A DNA stretch of 64,000 nucleotides from Chloroflexota bacterium (GCA_963662335.2 CAXXVD010000005.1:576001-640000), one strand, 5' to 3'; positions 8,818-18,631 are shown, counted from the stretch's first letter. A program made the numbers and translations. Notes: generated by a model from the sequence alone, not told the origin.

Positions 8818-9927
8818 ATGAAACGCTACCGGGCGGCCCTCATCGGCTGCGGCAGAATGAGCCGCGCGCACCTCCGCGCGCTGCGGGAAGTCGCAGAGAT
8901 CGACGTCGTTGCCGTGTGCGACGTCGACGAACAACGCCTGCACGCGGTCGGCGACGCCTTCAACGTGGAGAATCGCTACACCGACTATCACGCCATGTTC
9001 GCGGCGGAGAAGCCGGACATGGTGTCAATTGCCACCCAGGGCCCGCAGCATTGCGCCGCGACCGTAGCGGCGGCGGAACACGGCGCGCACGTGCTCTGCG
9101 AGAAGCCCATGGCCCTGGACCTTGCCGAGGCCGATCAGATGGTCGCGGCCTGCGCCGAGGCCGGCGTCAAACTCGCCATCAACCACCAGGCCACCGTGCG
9201 CCCGTCGCTCAAGCGCATGAGAGACATGATCGAGAACGGCGACATCGGCGAGGTCATCCTGGTGCGCGGCAACAACAAGAGCGGGCGCAAAGCCGGCAAC
9301 GAACTCATGGAGATGGGCACGCACGTCTTCGACCGCATGCAGTTTCTCGGCGGCGCGCCCCAGTGGTGCATGGCGCACCTCACCTGGGAGGGAGAGGCCG
9401 CAACCACCGCCGACATCATGGATTCGCAGGAGATGAGCCCCCGCGACCGCGCCTCCGGCCTGGTGCTGGGTGAACGGGCCTATGCCCTCTTCGGCATGAC
9501 CCGCGCGCCGGTGGGCGAGTGCCACTACCTGGGCTACGAGAAGACGGACACCCGGCTCTACAGCGTGGACGTCCTTGGGACCAAGGGACAACTTTCCCTG
9601 CGCGGCACCGGCACCAAGCGCGGCCAGGACGCGCTCTATCATCTGCCCGTGCCGGCTATCTATCCCGCCGACCTGCAAGACGACCCGCAGTGGCAACCGG
9701 TGGACGTGCCGGAGGAATTCGATCCCAGCCTGGGCAAGGAGAGCATCACGCCGATCCTCCAGGAGTTGCTCAAGTCCATCGAAACCGGCAGCGAGCATCC
9801 GTGCAGCGGCGCGGCCGGCCGCCTGAATTTGGAGATGGTGATGGCGATCTATACGTCACACCTGACCGGCAAGCGCGTTGACATCCCGCTTGCACAGCGC
9901 ACGCATCCGCTGCGTCGGGAGCGCTAA
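8818..9927 (+). CDS. Gfo/Idh/MocA family oxidoreductase
   Basis: AALIGCGRM, HVLCEKPMA, EMGTHVFD, MAIYTS. Confidence 0.9.
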   Translation: MKRYRAALIGCGRMSRAHLRALREVAEIDVVAVCDVDEQRLHAVGDAFNVENRYTDYHAMFAAEKPDMVSIATQGPQHCAATVAAAEHGAHVLCEKPMALDLAEADQMVAACAEAGVKLAINHQATVRPSLKRMRDMIENGDIGEVILVRGNNKSGRKAGNELMEMGTHVFDRMQFLGGAPQWCMAHLTWEGEAATTADIMDSQEMSPRDRASGLVLGERAYALFGMTRAPVGECHYLGYEKTDTRLYSVDVLGTKGQLSLRGTGTKRGQDALYHLPVPAIYPADLQDDPQWQPVDVPEEFDPSLGKESITPILQELLKSIETGSEHPCSGAAGRLNLEMVMAIYTSHLTGKRVDIPLAQRTHPLRRER

Positions 9928-10060
9928 AGTCTCCTCCCCCGCTGGGAGAGGGTTAGGGTGTGAGAGGATATTCGTTCCTGGCGGGGCATGCGCAAAGCAT
10001 TACCGTTACTCCGCTACGAGGGGTTTCCTCAGGACGATCGCGAGAACAGCCCCCACCCGC

Positions 10061-10861
10061 CTACGGCCAGGAGATCAATACGAGTCTACTCTCAACGGTA
10101 TCGCCATTCGGCGTGGTGGCCTTGACCGTAAAGAGCAATTGATCGCTTCCCTCTAACCGATCGATATTGCGCAGCGCGAATGTGCCGCCGCTATTCGTAC
10201 TGCCGGAACTCGCTTGAGCGGTACCCAATACCTTCGCATCCCCCACGCGCACTAGTTCGAACCGGGTTGCGCCCGTGGCCACAATGCTCACGTGAACCGG
10301 GTCTTGCAGCGCCTGATAGTAGTGCTCGTCTTCGACGATCTTCTCTGCCGAGTTGTTGGCGATGACAAACGTAAACGTCACCCCAGCCGGTGTCGCCGTG
10401 GGGAAGAACGCTCCCGGTGTCGCGCCGGGCGCGGCGGTTGCAGCCGGCGCCGTGGGCACGCGCAATTCCTGGCCCTCGAATATCTTGTGAGGATCGTCCA
10501 AGCAGTTCGCCGCTTGCAGCGCAGCCACGGTCGTGTCAGTGCGAATGGCGAGGCTATAGAGCGTGTCACCCGACGCTATGGTGTATTCCGGCCAATCGGC
10601 GCGGGGCGTGCAGGCGGGCGGCGCCGTTGCCGCGGTTGACGGCGCTTGCGTCGGCAACGGCACAAGGGTCGGCACCGGCGAGGCCGGAGAAGCGGTCGTG
10701 GGCGTGGACGCCGGTCCCGGACGGATGACCGTGGGGATTACGTCGGGAGTCGGTGTCGCTTCATCCTCACTATCCCCCACGAACGGGATGCAAGCGGTCG
10801 CCAGAACCGCCAACCCCACTAACAGAATGATGCACCGCAGGCCCCTAACGCTCGTTTCCAC
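10061..10861 (-). CDS. LysM-domain lipoprotein
   Basis: GTG after GGAGGA; LATAC lipobox, Pro/Thr linker, YTIASGDTLYSLA..ANCL..IFEGQELRVP. Confidence 0.8.
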   Translation of the reverse strand: METSVRGLRCIILLVGLAVLATACIPFVGDSEDEATPTPDVIPTVIRPGPASTPTTASPASPVPTLVPLPTQAPSTAATAPPACTPRADWPEYTIASGDTLYSLAIRTDTTVAALQAANCLDDPHKIFEGQELRVPTAPAATAAPGATPGAFFPTATPAGVTFTFVIANNSAEKIVEDEHYYQALQDPVHVSIVATGATRFELVRVGDAKVLGTAQASSGSTNSGGTFALRNIDRLEGSDQLLFTVKATTPNGDTVESRLVLISWP

Positions 10862-11111
10862 AGTTGACACTCCTCCTCTACACATTGCCATACGCTGCAC
10901 CTCAAGAGTTGCGGGAGCAGCGCGTCTTTCTCATGCGTGGCGTCGCGTGCAATCTAATCTGCGCTGGAACCGGGGGTAGAGGGAAGGGGGTATGGTTCAG
11001 CACAGTGCAACACACACCGTGTTGGCTATACGGAAGCAGGAAAACTACCCTCTATGATGCCTTGTACGGCGGCAGAATACAAGCGCGGCCGGCGCGGGCC
11101 GCGCAAGGCCG

Positions 11112-12065
11112 CTACAGGAGGCTGCGGGCCTTGGCCGCGACGTGCTCTGCGGTCAAGCCGTATTTCTGGAGCAACGCAGACGGTTCGCCGGATTCGGCGT
11201 AGGTGTTCTGCACCCCCACGAACGCCATCGGGCACGGGGCGTGCTCGGCAACCGCCATTGCCACCATGCTGCCCAGCCCGCCGTGAATGAGATGCTCTTC
11301 CGCCACTACGATTCTGCCGGTCTCACGCGCCGCCTTCGTCACCGCGTCCACGTCCAGCGGCCGCACGGTATGCGCATCCAGCACGCGGGCCTGCACGCCG
11401 TCCGCGGCCAGCGCCTGCGCCGCTTCCAACGCGGCCGCCACCATGATGCCGTTGGCGATGAGCGTGATATCGGCGCCGCCGCGCAATTCGTTTGCTTTGC
11501 CCAACTCGAAGTCGGGATTCTCGCCGTAGACCACCGGCACGTCGGGACGCCCCACGCGCATGTAGGCCGGGCCATCTGATGCGAGCATTGCCGCCACCGC
11601 CTTGTGGGTGGACGGCTCGTCGGCCGGAACGATTACCGTAAAGGTCGGCAGGCCCAGCGCCAGGGCCACGTCCTCGATTGCCATCTGCGACGGGCCGTCC
11701 TCGCCGATGCTGATGCCGGCGTGGCTGCCCACCACCTTGACGTTGAGATTGGGAAAGGCAATCGACATGCGCAACTGGTCGTAGCCGTTGCACATGATGA
11801 AGCAGGCAAAGCTGGCAATCACCGGCAGTTTGCCGCAGGCCGCCAGGCCCGCGCCAATCCCCACCAAATTCGATTCCGCAATGCCCACGTTGAAGAAACG
11901 CTCCGGAAACTCCTGCGCGAACCACTCGGTGCGGGTGGAGTTGTGCACGTCGCCGTCCACCACTACGATGTCCGGATTGGTACGGCCGGCCTCGCGCAGC
12001 GCCGCGCCGAACGCATCGCGGGTTGCCTTGCCCATGGTCAATTCGAGTGCGTGTGTTACCGCCAT
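11112..12065 (-). CDS. Transketolase, C-terminal subunit
   Basis: ATRDAFG, FFNVGIAE, GEDGPSQ, EEHLIHGGLG; overlaps N subunit. Confidence 0.93.
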   Translation of the reverse strand: MAVTHALELTMGKATRDAFGAALREAGRTNPDIVVVDGDVHNSTRTEWFAQEFPERFFNVGIAESNLVGIGAGLAACGKLPVIASFACFIMCNGYDQLRMSIAFPNLNVKVVGSHAGISIGEDGPSQMAIEDVALALGLPTFTVIVPADEPSTHKAVAAMLASDGPAYMRVGRPDVPVVYGENPDFELGKANELRGGADITLIANGIMVAAALEAAQALAADGVQARVLDAHTVRPLDVDAVTKAARETGRIVVAEEHLIHGGLGSMVAMAVAEHAPCPMAFVGVQNTYAESGEPSALLQKYGLTAEHVAAKARSLL

Positions 12066-12874
12066 CCCAGTTCCTCCAGGGCGCGTTCTTCTTCTTCTTC
12101 GGTGAGCGCCTTGCCGTGATACGACCAGTCCGCTTCCACGAACGAGACGCCCTTGCCTTTCACGGTGTGGGCGATGATGCACGAGGGACGGTCCTCTACG
12201 GCCTTGGCGCGCCGCAGCGCGGTTGCCACCGTGTCCATGTCGTGTCCGTCGATCTCCTGCACGTCCCATTGGAAGGCCCGCCACTTTTCGGCCAGCGGCG
12301 CGTAGTCGAGCACGTCGCGCACCCAGCCGGTCTGCTGGGCTTTGTTGTGGTCCACGATAGCCGTCACGTTGTCCAGCTTGTAGTGGGCGGCGGTCATGGC
12401 GGCCTCCCAAATCTGGCCTTCGTCCTGCTCGCCGTCGCCCAGGATGACGAACACGTGAAAGTCCCTGTTCTCCAGCCGCGCGGCGAAAGCGTGGCCCAGG
12501 CCAATCGAAAGGCCCTGCCCCAAAGAGCCGGTGCTGGCTTCCACGCCGGGCAGGCGGGTCATGTTGGGGTGCCCCTCCAGCGGGCTTTCGATCTGGCGCA
12601 GCGTGGGCAGCATGTCCGTGGAAAAATACCCGGCCTGCGCCAGGACCACGTAGAGCAGCGGGCTGGCGTGGCCCTTGCTCATAATCAGACGGTCCCGGTC
12701 GGCCCACTCCGGCTGCGCGGGATCATGGCGCATGATGCCGCCAAAGTAGAGCGCGGCCATGATTTCCACGCCGGAAAGCGAACTCGATGGATGGCCCGAA
12801 CCGGCAATCGTGGTACACGTAATGATGTCGCGCCGGATCTCGCGCGCCCGCTCCTCGAGCTCTGCGATTGACAT
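12056..12874 (-). CDS. Transketolase, N-terminal subunit
   Basis: GSGHPSSSLS, RDRLIMSKGHA, TGSLGQG, TPP motif GDGE..EGQIWEA..N. Confidence 0.93.
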   Translation of the reverse strand: MSIAELEERAREIRRDIITCTTIAGSGHPSSSLSGVEIMAALYFGGIMRHDPAQPEWADRDRLIMSKGHASPLLYVVLAQAGYFSTDMLPTLRQIESPLEGHPNMTRLPGVEASTGSLGQGLSIGLGHAFAARLENRDFHVFVILGDGEQDEGQIWEAAMTAAHYKLDNVTAIVDHNKAQQTGWVRDVLDYAPLAEKWRAFQWDVQEIDGHDMDTVATALRRAKAVEDRPSCIIAHTVKGKGVSFVEADWSYHGKALTEEEEERALEELGWR

Positions 12875-12986
12875 TGTAATCTCTACACTCACCGTGGCTG
12901 CAATCCTTTTGCTTGTACCGCAATCATCGTCTTTCTGCGGTGAACACTCCTGCGCCGAGGCGCGCCCGTTCGTATTCCGACCAACC

Positions 12987-13091
12987 GTAGCGCGGGGGCT
13001 TGTCCCCCGCTTCTTCCTCAACCCGCCGTAGCGCGGGGGCTCGTCCCCCGCCTCTTCCCATCCTGCCGTAGCGCGGGGGCTTGTCCCCCGC
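12987..13091 (+). repeat. Three tandem family A REPs (period 41/40 bp)
   Basis: A at 12987, 13028, 13068. Confidence 0.9.
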
Positions 13092-13294
13092 CTCTTGGCG
13101 TGAATCGCATGCACCATCCCCGGCAAGACGCCGCGCGTATCGAGACACGCTTTTCCTATTGTAGCGTCTATCCGCTCGCGGCGCGAGTGCCCCCGCCGCC
13201 GGCAGTGTTCTATACTGGATGCGCTACACAGTGATGCAGTGCGCCGTCCGGCGCTCCGGCGCCGGGACGCGCGGAAAGCCCGCCGAACGAGACA

Positions 13295-14155
13295 ATGGCC
13301 GCACCCAGCCCAGAGAACGGCCGCACGCAGAGCCGCGCCTTTCCCACCATCTGGCAGGGGCTGCTGCTACTCGGCCTGCTCATGCTGCTGCAACTGGGCG
13401 CGTCAGTAGTCGTCGGCGCGTACATGGCGCTGCAGTCCCTGCCGGCGGACGATCTCACCTTGCTGCTCGCCGTCGTGAACGTCGCCACGTTCGGCGCCAC
13501 GGCCATCGTCGGCGCGGCCTGGTCGCGCATGCCGGCGCGGCAGCTTTTCTACCTGCGCGGCTTTCCGCCGGTTCAAATCCTACCAATGCTCGTCATGACG
13601 CTCGGCCTCATCGTCGTCGTCTCCGAACTCGACAACGTTGTGCAGCGCTTCTGGCCCGTGCCGGAGTGGTTCATCGACGTGATGAAGGAACTCGGACTTG
13701 GCGAGGGAATTGCCCTGGGCACGGTCGTCTTGTTGGTAGTCATCGCCCCGCTCACGGAAGAGCCGCTCTTTCGCGGTATCCTGCTCCATGGCTTTGCACG
13801 CAACTACGGCGCGTGGTGGGCGGTCATCGGCACGTCCCTGCTCTTTGGCGCGATCCACCTGAACCCCTGGCAGTTCGTGGGCGCGTTTTGCCTGGGTCTG
13901 GCCTTCGGCTGGTGGACGCTGCGGACGGGATCGATGCTGCCGGCGCTGCTGGGTCACGCCCTGAACAACGGCATGGTCGTCTTTGCGGCGGACGTGCTGA
14001 GCGTGGAGATTCAGGGCTTCAACGCCTGGGAAGAAGGCGTGCACGCCCACCAACCGTGGTGGTTCACGCTCACCGGCGCCGCGCTGCTGCTGGTTGGCGC
14101 GGGCATCCTGCACCGCATGTGGTCTCAAGTCCCTTCTCCCAGGGGAGAAGGTTAG
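13295..14155 (+). CDS. CPBP (Abi/CAAX-protease-like) intramembrane metalloprotease
   Basis: Multi-TM; EEPLFRG, FGAIH, HALNN motifs. Confidence 0.9.
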   Translation: MAAPSPENGRTQSRAFPTIWQGLLLLGLLMLLQLGASVVVGAYMALQSLPADDLTLLLAVVNVATFGATAIVGAAWSRMPARQLFYLRGFPPVQILPMLVMTLGLIVVVSELDNVVQRFWPVPEWFIDVMKELGLGEGIALGTVVLLVVIAPLTEEPLFRGILLHGFARNYGAWWAVIGTSLLFGAIHLNPWQFVGAFCLGLAFGWWTLRTGSMLPALLGHALNNGMVVFAADVLSVEIQGFNAWEEGVHAHQPWWFTLTGAALLLVGAGILHRMWSQVPSPRGEG

Positions 14156-14338
14156 GGTGAGGAGCAATGCTGTCGCACTAACGTAGCGCGGGGGCTTGTC
14201 CCCCGCCTGAGCCACCTAAACCAACTTGCAAAGGATTTACCTAGACAGCTTCGCAGGTTACAAACCTGCGCTACCGGAGATTTCAGACGCGAGGATCGCT
14301 GCCTTTCTGTTTGGCGCGACAGCATTAGGGTGAGAGGC
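14131..14338. repeat. Family F repeat plus composite A/C element bounded by AATGCTGTCGC inverted repeats
   Basis: CCCTTCTCCCAGGGGAGAAGGTTAGGGTGAGG; AATGCTGTCGC 14166-14176 and GCGACAGCATT 14316-14326; A 14183, C inverted ~14253. Confidence 0.8.
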
Positions 14339-14355
14339 AGCCCCGCGTCGCTCCC

Positions 14356-14712
14356 CTAGCGCGACCGCAAGAACCACAGCGCGTTGATCAGGAAGATCAT
14401 CGCCAGCACGGCGTAGACGCCGGCCGGGCCGGCGGACATCGAGGCAAAGATGAGCAGCGGAATGCCGATGCCCATGGTCGGCATGGCGACGGAAAGGAAC
14501 CTCTTTTCGTCGGCCTTGGTCTGCTTGCGCGACTTGCCCATGGCGGCCTGCACGCGCTCATCGATCATTGTCTCGATGCGCTCGGCCAGCGCCTCCACAA
14601 CTTCATCCTCGTATTGTTCACCCAACTCCCGCCGGGCGCTCACGGCAAGGCCAAGCTCATCCTTCAGGCCGTCCGCGTCTGCGGAATCTTTTGGACGTGT
14701 CTTCTTTGCCAA
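14356..14712 (-). CDS. Small membrane protein of unknown function (paralog 2)
   Basis: LKDEL..SARRELGEQYEDEVVEALAERIE helix plus two C-terminal TM; TTG start. Confidence 0.75.
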   Translation of the reverse strand: MAKKTRPKDSADADGLKDELGLAVSARRELGEQYEDEVVEALAERIETMIDERVQAAMGKSRKQTKADEKRFLSVAMPTMGIGIPLLIFASMSAGPAGVYAVLAMIFLINALWFLRSR

Positions 14713-14738
14713 TTCTTGCGCCCCCTCGCAGCGTATGG

Positions 14739-15095
14739 CTAGCGCGAGCGCCAGAGCCAGACTATGTGAATGACGAAGATCATTGCCAGCACGGTGAAGA
14801 AGCCGGTCGCGCCGGCCGCAAACGCGCCCACAATCGCCAGCGGAATGCCAAATGCGGATACCGTCGCCGTCACCTTGAGAAAGTCATCGGTGTTTGACTT
14901 GGCGCGCTCGCGCAGCGCACCGGTGGCAGCCTCTACGCGCTCATCGATCAGGGATTCAATGCGCTCGGCCAGCGCCACCGCGACCTGGTCGTGGTACTGC
15001 TCGCCCAACTCGTGCTGGGCGGACATGGCGGCCGCAAGCTCATCCTTGAGTTGGGTGTCGCTTACGGTTTCTTCTGCACTGACGCTCTTGGCCAT
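14739..15095 (-). CDS. Small membrane protein of unknown function (paralog 1)
   Basis: LKDEL..SAQHELGEQY..VAVALAERIE plus two TM; same length as neighbour. Confidence 0.75.
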   Translation of the reverse strand: MAKSVSAEETVSDTQLKDELAAAMSAQHELGEQYHDQVAVALAERIESLIDERVEAATGALRERAKSNTDDFLKVTATVSAFGIPLAIVGAFAAGATGFFTVLAMIFVIHIVWLWRSR

Positions 15096-15206
15096 CGCCG
15101 CGCAATCCTTCCGCGCTCCGCCGGCGTGCACCCGGCAGAGAAACGCACGTTCATCGTAGCGCAATCGCAGGGTGTCAACAAGCGTTTGCGCCGGGGGCGG
15201 TTGCGC

Positions 15207-16340
15207 TCACAGCAGCGCGCCGTCGTCGTGCAGCCGCCAGGCGGCGTCCACCAGCGCCCACAGGCCGCCGCTCACCGCCGCGTTGCCGCCCAGCAGGACC
15301 GGCAGACCGGCGTCCCACGCCGCCGCGGCGAGCGCCCGTACAGCGGTGTCATCAATTTCATTAATCAGGCCCATGTCGGCGGCAAAGCGGTCATGCCCGC
15401 TGACACTGCCTCCGCTGTGCGCGTAGAGCACCCGCGTATCGAGAAACAGCGCGTCCCCCATGCGGGAGAATGCCGCAAAGAACGCTGCCGGGCCCACCGC
15501 CTCCAGGAAGTAGCCGAGCAACGAATGCACCGGCCGCGCGCTCGTGCTCATGCCGCGCTCCTCGGAAAAGACGCGGATGCGGCAGGCCATGTCCCGCCGC
15601 AGCAGCGGCCAAAGCTGCGCACTGACCCGGCCGGCGAGAATGACCTCCTCGTGGGGCCGCACGAAGGTGGGCATGGCCGCGCGCAGCCGCGCCGTAAGCG
15701 GGGACAACGCTTGCGCCACCGCGGCCTGCTCCAGGTAATTTCGCGTCCCCGGCCCGCACAGGGGATGGAGCGCGAGCATGGCGAGATCGGTGGGCGTATC
15801 GACGTCGAACATGGAGGCAATAGCCGGTTCCAGCGGCTCGTGCGCGAGGCCGGCTTCTTGGGCCAACTGCCGCGCCAGCCCGTTGTCCCGCTGGGGCGGC
15901 AGATCGATGGCCGTGAGCGCGCTGCCGGGATGGAAGCCAATGAAGTCGGCGGAGAAGAAATTGTTGGCGGTCACGCCATGGTCGAGCCGCGCCACCACGT
16001 CCCGCAGACCCGCGAGTTCGTCTACAGAGAGCAACGGTCCGCTGCCGCCGCCGAGATAGAGCACGCGCGCCAGGCGGTGGCGGGCGACGATGTCCGCCAA
16101 CGTGCGGCCAAAGTGGAAGCCCCCCGACGGTTCCGTAGTCTCAATGCTTACGCCGGCGGCACTGCCTTTGAAAGCGTCCGGCTGCGACGTTGCCACGACT
16201 ATGGGCGCAAAGCCGCCTGCGGCCCGCGCCTTGGCAATCAGGTCGTGGGCAATGGCGAAGTGGCTGTCGTAGACCAGCCGCTCGAGCGCGCTGGCGCCCC
16301 GCTTGCCCGCAAAGATGACGAGCCCTACGTCTTCAGCCAT
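15207..16340 (-). CDS. Hypothetical protein, CofC/DUF2064-like nucleotidyltransferase (GT-A) fold with C-terminal extension
   Basis: GFHFGRTL, GGGSGPLL, FDVDTPTDL (cf. DVDTxxDL of CofC-like proteins). Confidence 0.5.
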   Translation of the reverse strand: MAEDVGLVIFAGKRGASALERLVYDSHFAIAHDLIAKARAAGGFAPIVVATSQPDAFKGSAAGVSIETTEPSGGFHFGRTLADIVARHRLARVLYLGGGSGPLLSVDELAGLRDVVARLDHGVTANNFFSADFIGFHPGSALTAIDLPPQRDNGLARQLAQEAGLAHEPLEPAIASMFDVDTPTDLAMLALHPLCGPGTRNYLEQAAVAQALSPLTARLRAAMPTFVRPHEEVILAGRVSAQLWPLLRRDMACRIRVFSEERGMSTSARPVHSLLGYFLEAVGPAAFFAAFSRMGDALFLDTRVLYAHSGGSVSGHDRFAADMGLINEIDDTAVRALAAAAWDAGLPVLLGGNAAVSGGLWALVDAAWRLHDDGALL

Positions 16341-16485
16341 GCGCCCGCGCTTTCCTCTAGCATACGCGCCCTTGCGCCGCGCCCGGCAGGGGACGCGCGA
16401 CAGCCACCGGACGCGCCATCGCGCTTCTCATCCGGCGGCTGTAGACAATCTTCCTGCCACGCGACCCCAAAGCGGGGCAATGCGC

Positions 16486-16842
16486 TTACATGTACCCGTA
16501 TTCCATCCGGATCTCTTCGGACATCATCTCCGGCGACCAGGCTGGATCCCAGACGATTTCCACGTCCACGTCCGCCACGCCTTCCAGGTCTTCCACCGCC
16601 TGATGCACCTGGGCGATGATGTAGGGGCCCGCCGGGCAGCCGGGAAACGTGAGCGTCATCTTGATCTGCACGTTGTTGTCGTCGGCCGTTTCGATCTCGT
16701 AGATGAGGCCCAAGTCCACGATATTGACGCCCAGTTCGGGGTCGATGACTTCCTTCAAACTCTCACGAATGATGTCCGTGCCCACGATTGCCATGTTCTT
16801 GGTCTCCTGGTTTTGAGCTTGGTCTTGTTCTTCAATCCTCAT
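16486..16842 (-). CDS. Metal-sulfur cluster assembly factor (DUF59/SufT-like)
   Basis: VIDPELGVNIVDLGLIY, MTLTFPGCP, WDPAWSPEMMS. Confidence 0.92.
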   Translation of the reverse strand: MRIEEQDQAQNQETKNMAIVGTDIIRESLKEVIDPELGVNIVDLGLIYEIETADDNNVQIKMTLTFPGCPAGPYIIAQVHQAVEDLEGVADVDVEIVWDPAWSPEMMSEEIRMEYGYM

Positions 16843-16877
16843 ACTACCAACCGCGAACCCGCTCCCGCAATCGGGCG

Positions 16878-17585
16878 CTAGTCCACCTCGCGCGCGTAGA
16901 GTTCCAGGATACTACCCGCAAAGCCGGTAGCCGCCGGTGAGGCCAGGAAGACCAGCGCGTCGGCAAATTCCCGCAGGCTCACGGCGTGGCGCAGGTCGTC
17001 GGCGTCCAGGTACTGCGCCGCCTCCGCCGTGGCGATCGTGCCGGCCACGAGGCAGGTGGGCACGATACCGCGCTGCTTGTAGTCGCGGGCCACACCCTTG
17101 GTGAACGTGACCACCGCCGCCTTGCTCGCGCCAAAGAGCGCCCGCCCCGGCGCCGGGTCCAGCGCACTGCCGCCGGCAATGGTGATTATGTGCCCCGCGC
17201 CCTGCGCCAGCATGACCGGCAGCGCGGCGCGCACGAGGTTGTAGGTGGTGTAGAGGTTCGCCTCGATCTGCTGCTGGAGGTCCGCGAGCGTGGTCTCCGC
17301 CGCCTCGCGCTGCGCGAAACCGCCGGAGAGCAGCGTCGCCGCGTCCAGGCGCCCGAACGCCGCGCAGGCCTGCGCCACCGCGCTCCCGGCGTCAGCCGGC
17401 TGCGATAAGTCCGCCTCCAGCCCCAACACCGTATCCCCGTGGGGAATCCGGCTCAACGTAGCCTGCAAGCGCTCGCGGTCGCGGCTCGTGGCCGCCACGC
17501 GGTAGCCCGCCTGGAGAAACGCCGTAATGACGGCCGCTCCCGTGCGGGCCGTGCCGCTGCCAATCAAAATCGTGCGCGCTGCCAT
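16878..17585 (-). CDS. SDR family oxidoreductase (atypical catalytic motif)
   Basis: Rossmann N-terminus, FGRLD, FGASK in place of YxxxK. Confidence 0.75.
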   Translation of the reverse strand: MAARTILIGSGTARTGAAVITAFLQAGYRVAATSRDRERLQATLSRIPHGDTVLGLEADLSQPADAGSAVAQACAAFGRLDAATLLSGGFAQREAAETTLADLQQQIEANLYTTYNLVRAALPVMLAQGAGHIITIAGGSALDPAPGRALFGASKAAVVTFTKGVARDYKQRGIVPTCLVAGTIATAEAAQYLDADDLRHAVSLREFADALVFLASPAATGFAGSILELYAREVD

Positions 17586-17610
17586 TTCACCCTAAGCCTC
17601 AATACAACAC

Positions 17611-18579
17611 TTACTCGTTCGCCAGCGCGTAGCAGGCGTCCACCGCTACCATCGCGCGCCGCATGTCTGCCATCGTGGCGAGCGGAGCCTTGCCCTCGCG
17701 GAAGGCCGCCAGCGTATCCTTCACGAAGTCCTGATACAGCCCCTGCACCGAGTGGCCGCCGCGTTCTTCAACACCTTCTTCGGTGATGATATGCGTGGCG
17801 CCGTCCCGGTACGTGACGTAGGTCGTGCCGTCGCTCACGTTCCAGACCGTGTCGGAGGCGTCCGCCGGATAGGTGTACGCCACCTCCACCGTCGCATAAG
17901 AATCGTCGTCGCCGCTAAACGCGACGTTGGCGTACTCTTCCACCGGGATACCCGGCGTAATGCGCACCAGCTTTGCCGATTCCACGCGCACCTCCTGGCT
18001 GCCGGTGAACCACGCAAACAGGTCCGCGTAGTGCACGCCCAGGTTGCGCAGCGCGCCGCCGCCGGATTCCGCGGCGTCGAGCATCCAGGGACAGCCGGAG
18101 TCCACGTAGCGCTGCACCGGCCCGCCGGCGTAGCGAAAGTGCGCGTGCCGCAGCGGCCCAAGGCGTCCATTGGCGCGCAACTCCATCACCGCCTGGGAAA
18201 ACGGCGCGGCGCGGTTCGTCAGCGGGATGGCAACGAAGACGTCATTTTGCTGCGCGAGCGCAAGCAGCCGGTCGAATTGGCTCGCGTCGGTGCCCAGCGG
18301 CTTCTCGATGACGAAGGGAATGCGCCGTTCCAGGAGTTGGGTTGCGATCTCCGGTTGCAGCCGGTACCGGCCAAACGAGAAGACGAAGTCGGGCTTTTCT
18401 CTCTCCAGCAGGGCAACATAGTCTACGTAGGGAGTGCAGCCCGAGAACTGGCCAGCAAACCGTTCGGCATAGCCCGGCTGCTCGTCCGACACCGCCACCG
18501 GCGTGATGCCCAGCGCCGTAAACGCCGGCAGGTAGAGCGGCACGTGCCAGTGGCTGATCTCTAAAATCGCAATGCGCAT
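17611..18579 (-). CDS. Gfo/Idh/MocA family oxidoreductase
   Basis: IEKPLG, SGGGALRNLGVHYAD. Confidence 0.88.
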   Translation of the reverse strand: MRIAILEISHWHVPLYLPAFTALGITPVAVSDEQPGYAERFAGQFSGCTPYVDYVALLEREKPDFVFSFGRYRLQPEIATQLLERRIPFVIEKPLGTDASQFDRLLALAQQNDVFVAIPLTNRAAPFSQAVMELRANGRLGPLRHAHFRYAGGPVQRYVDSGCPWMLDAAESGGGALRNLGVHYADLFAWFTGSQEVRVESAKLVRITPGIPVEEYANVAFSGDDDSYATVEVAYTYPADASDTVWNVSDGTTYVTYRDGATHIITEEGVEERGGHSVQGLYQDFVKDTLAAFREGKAPLATMADMRRAMVAVDACYALANE

Positions 18580-18631
18580 CGGTTACTCCTGCTCCAAGAA
18601 AGGGCCTACGCCGCCGCCTAGCTGCCACACC

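Noticed and set aside
11112-12874. Split transketolase as a broken gene
   Set aside because: The two-subunit form is well known and both ORFs are intact with overlapping ends
12987-13091. CRISPR-like array of three 24-bp palindromes
   Set aside because: Spacers are only 16-17 bp and similar to each other, the repeat is dispersed across the window in both orientations, and there are no cas genes
14991-16619. Long antisense ORFs (also 45365-46816, 7054-8430, 56750-57985)
   Set aside because: Shadow frames of GC-rich genes with no recognisable motifs
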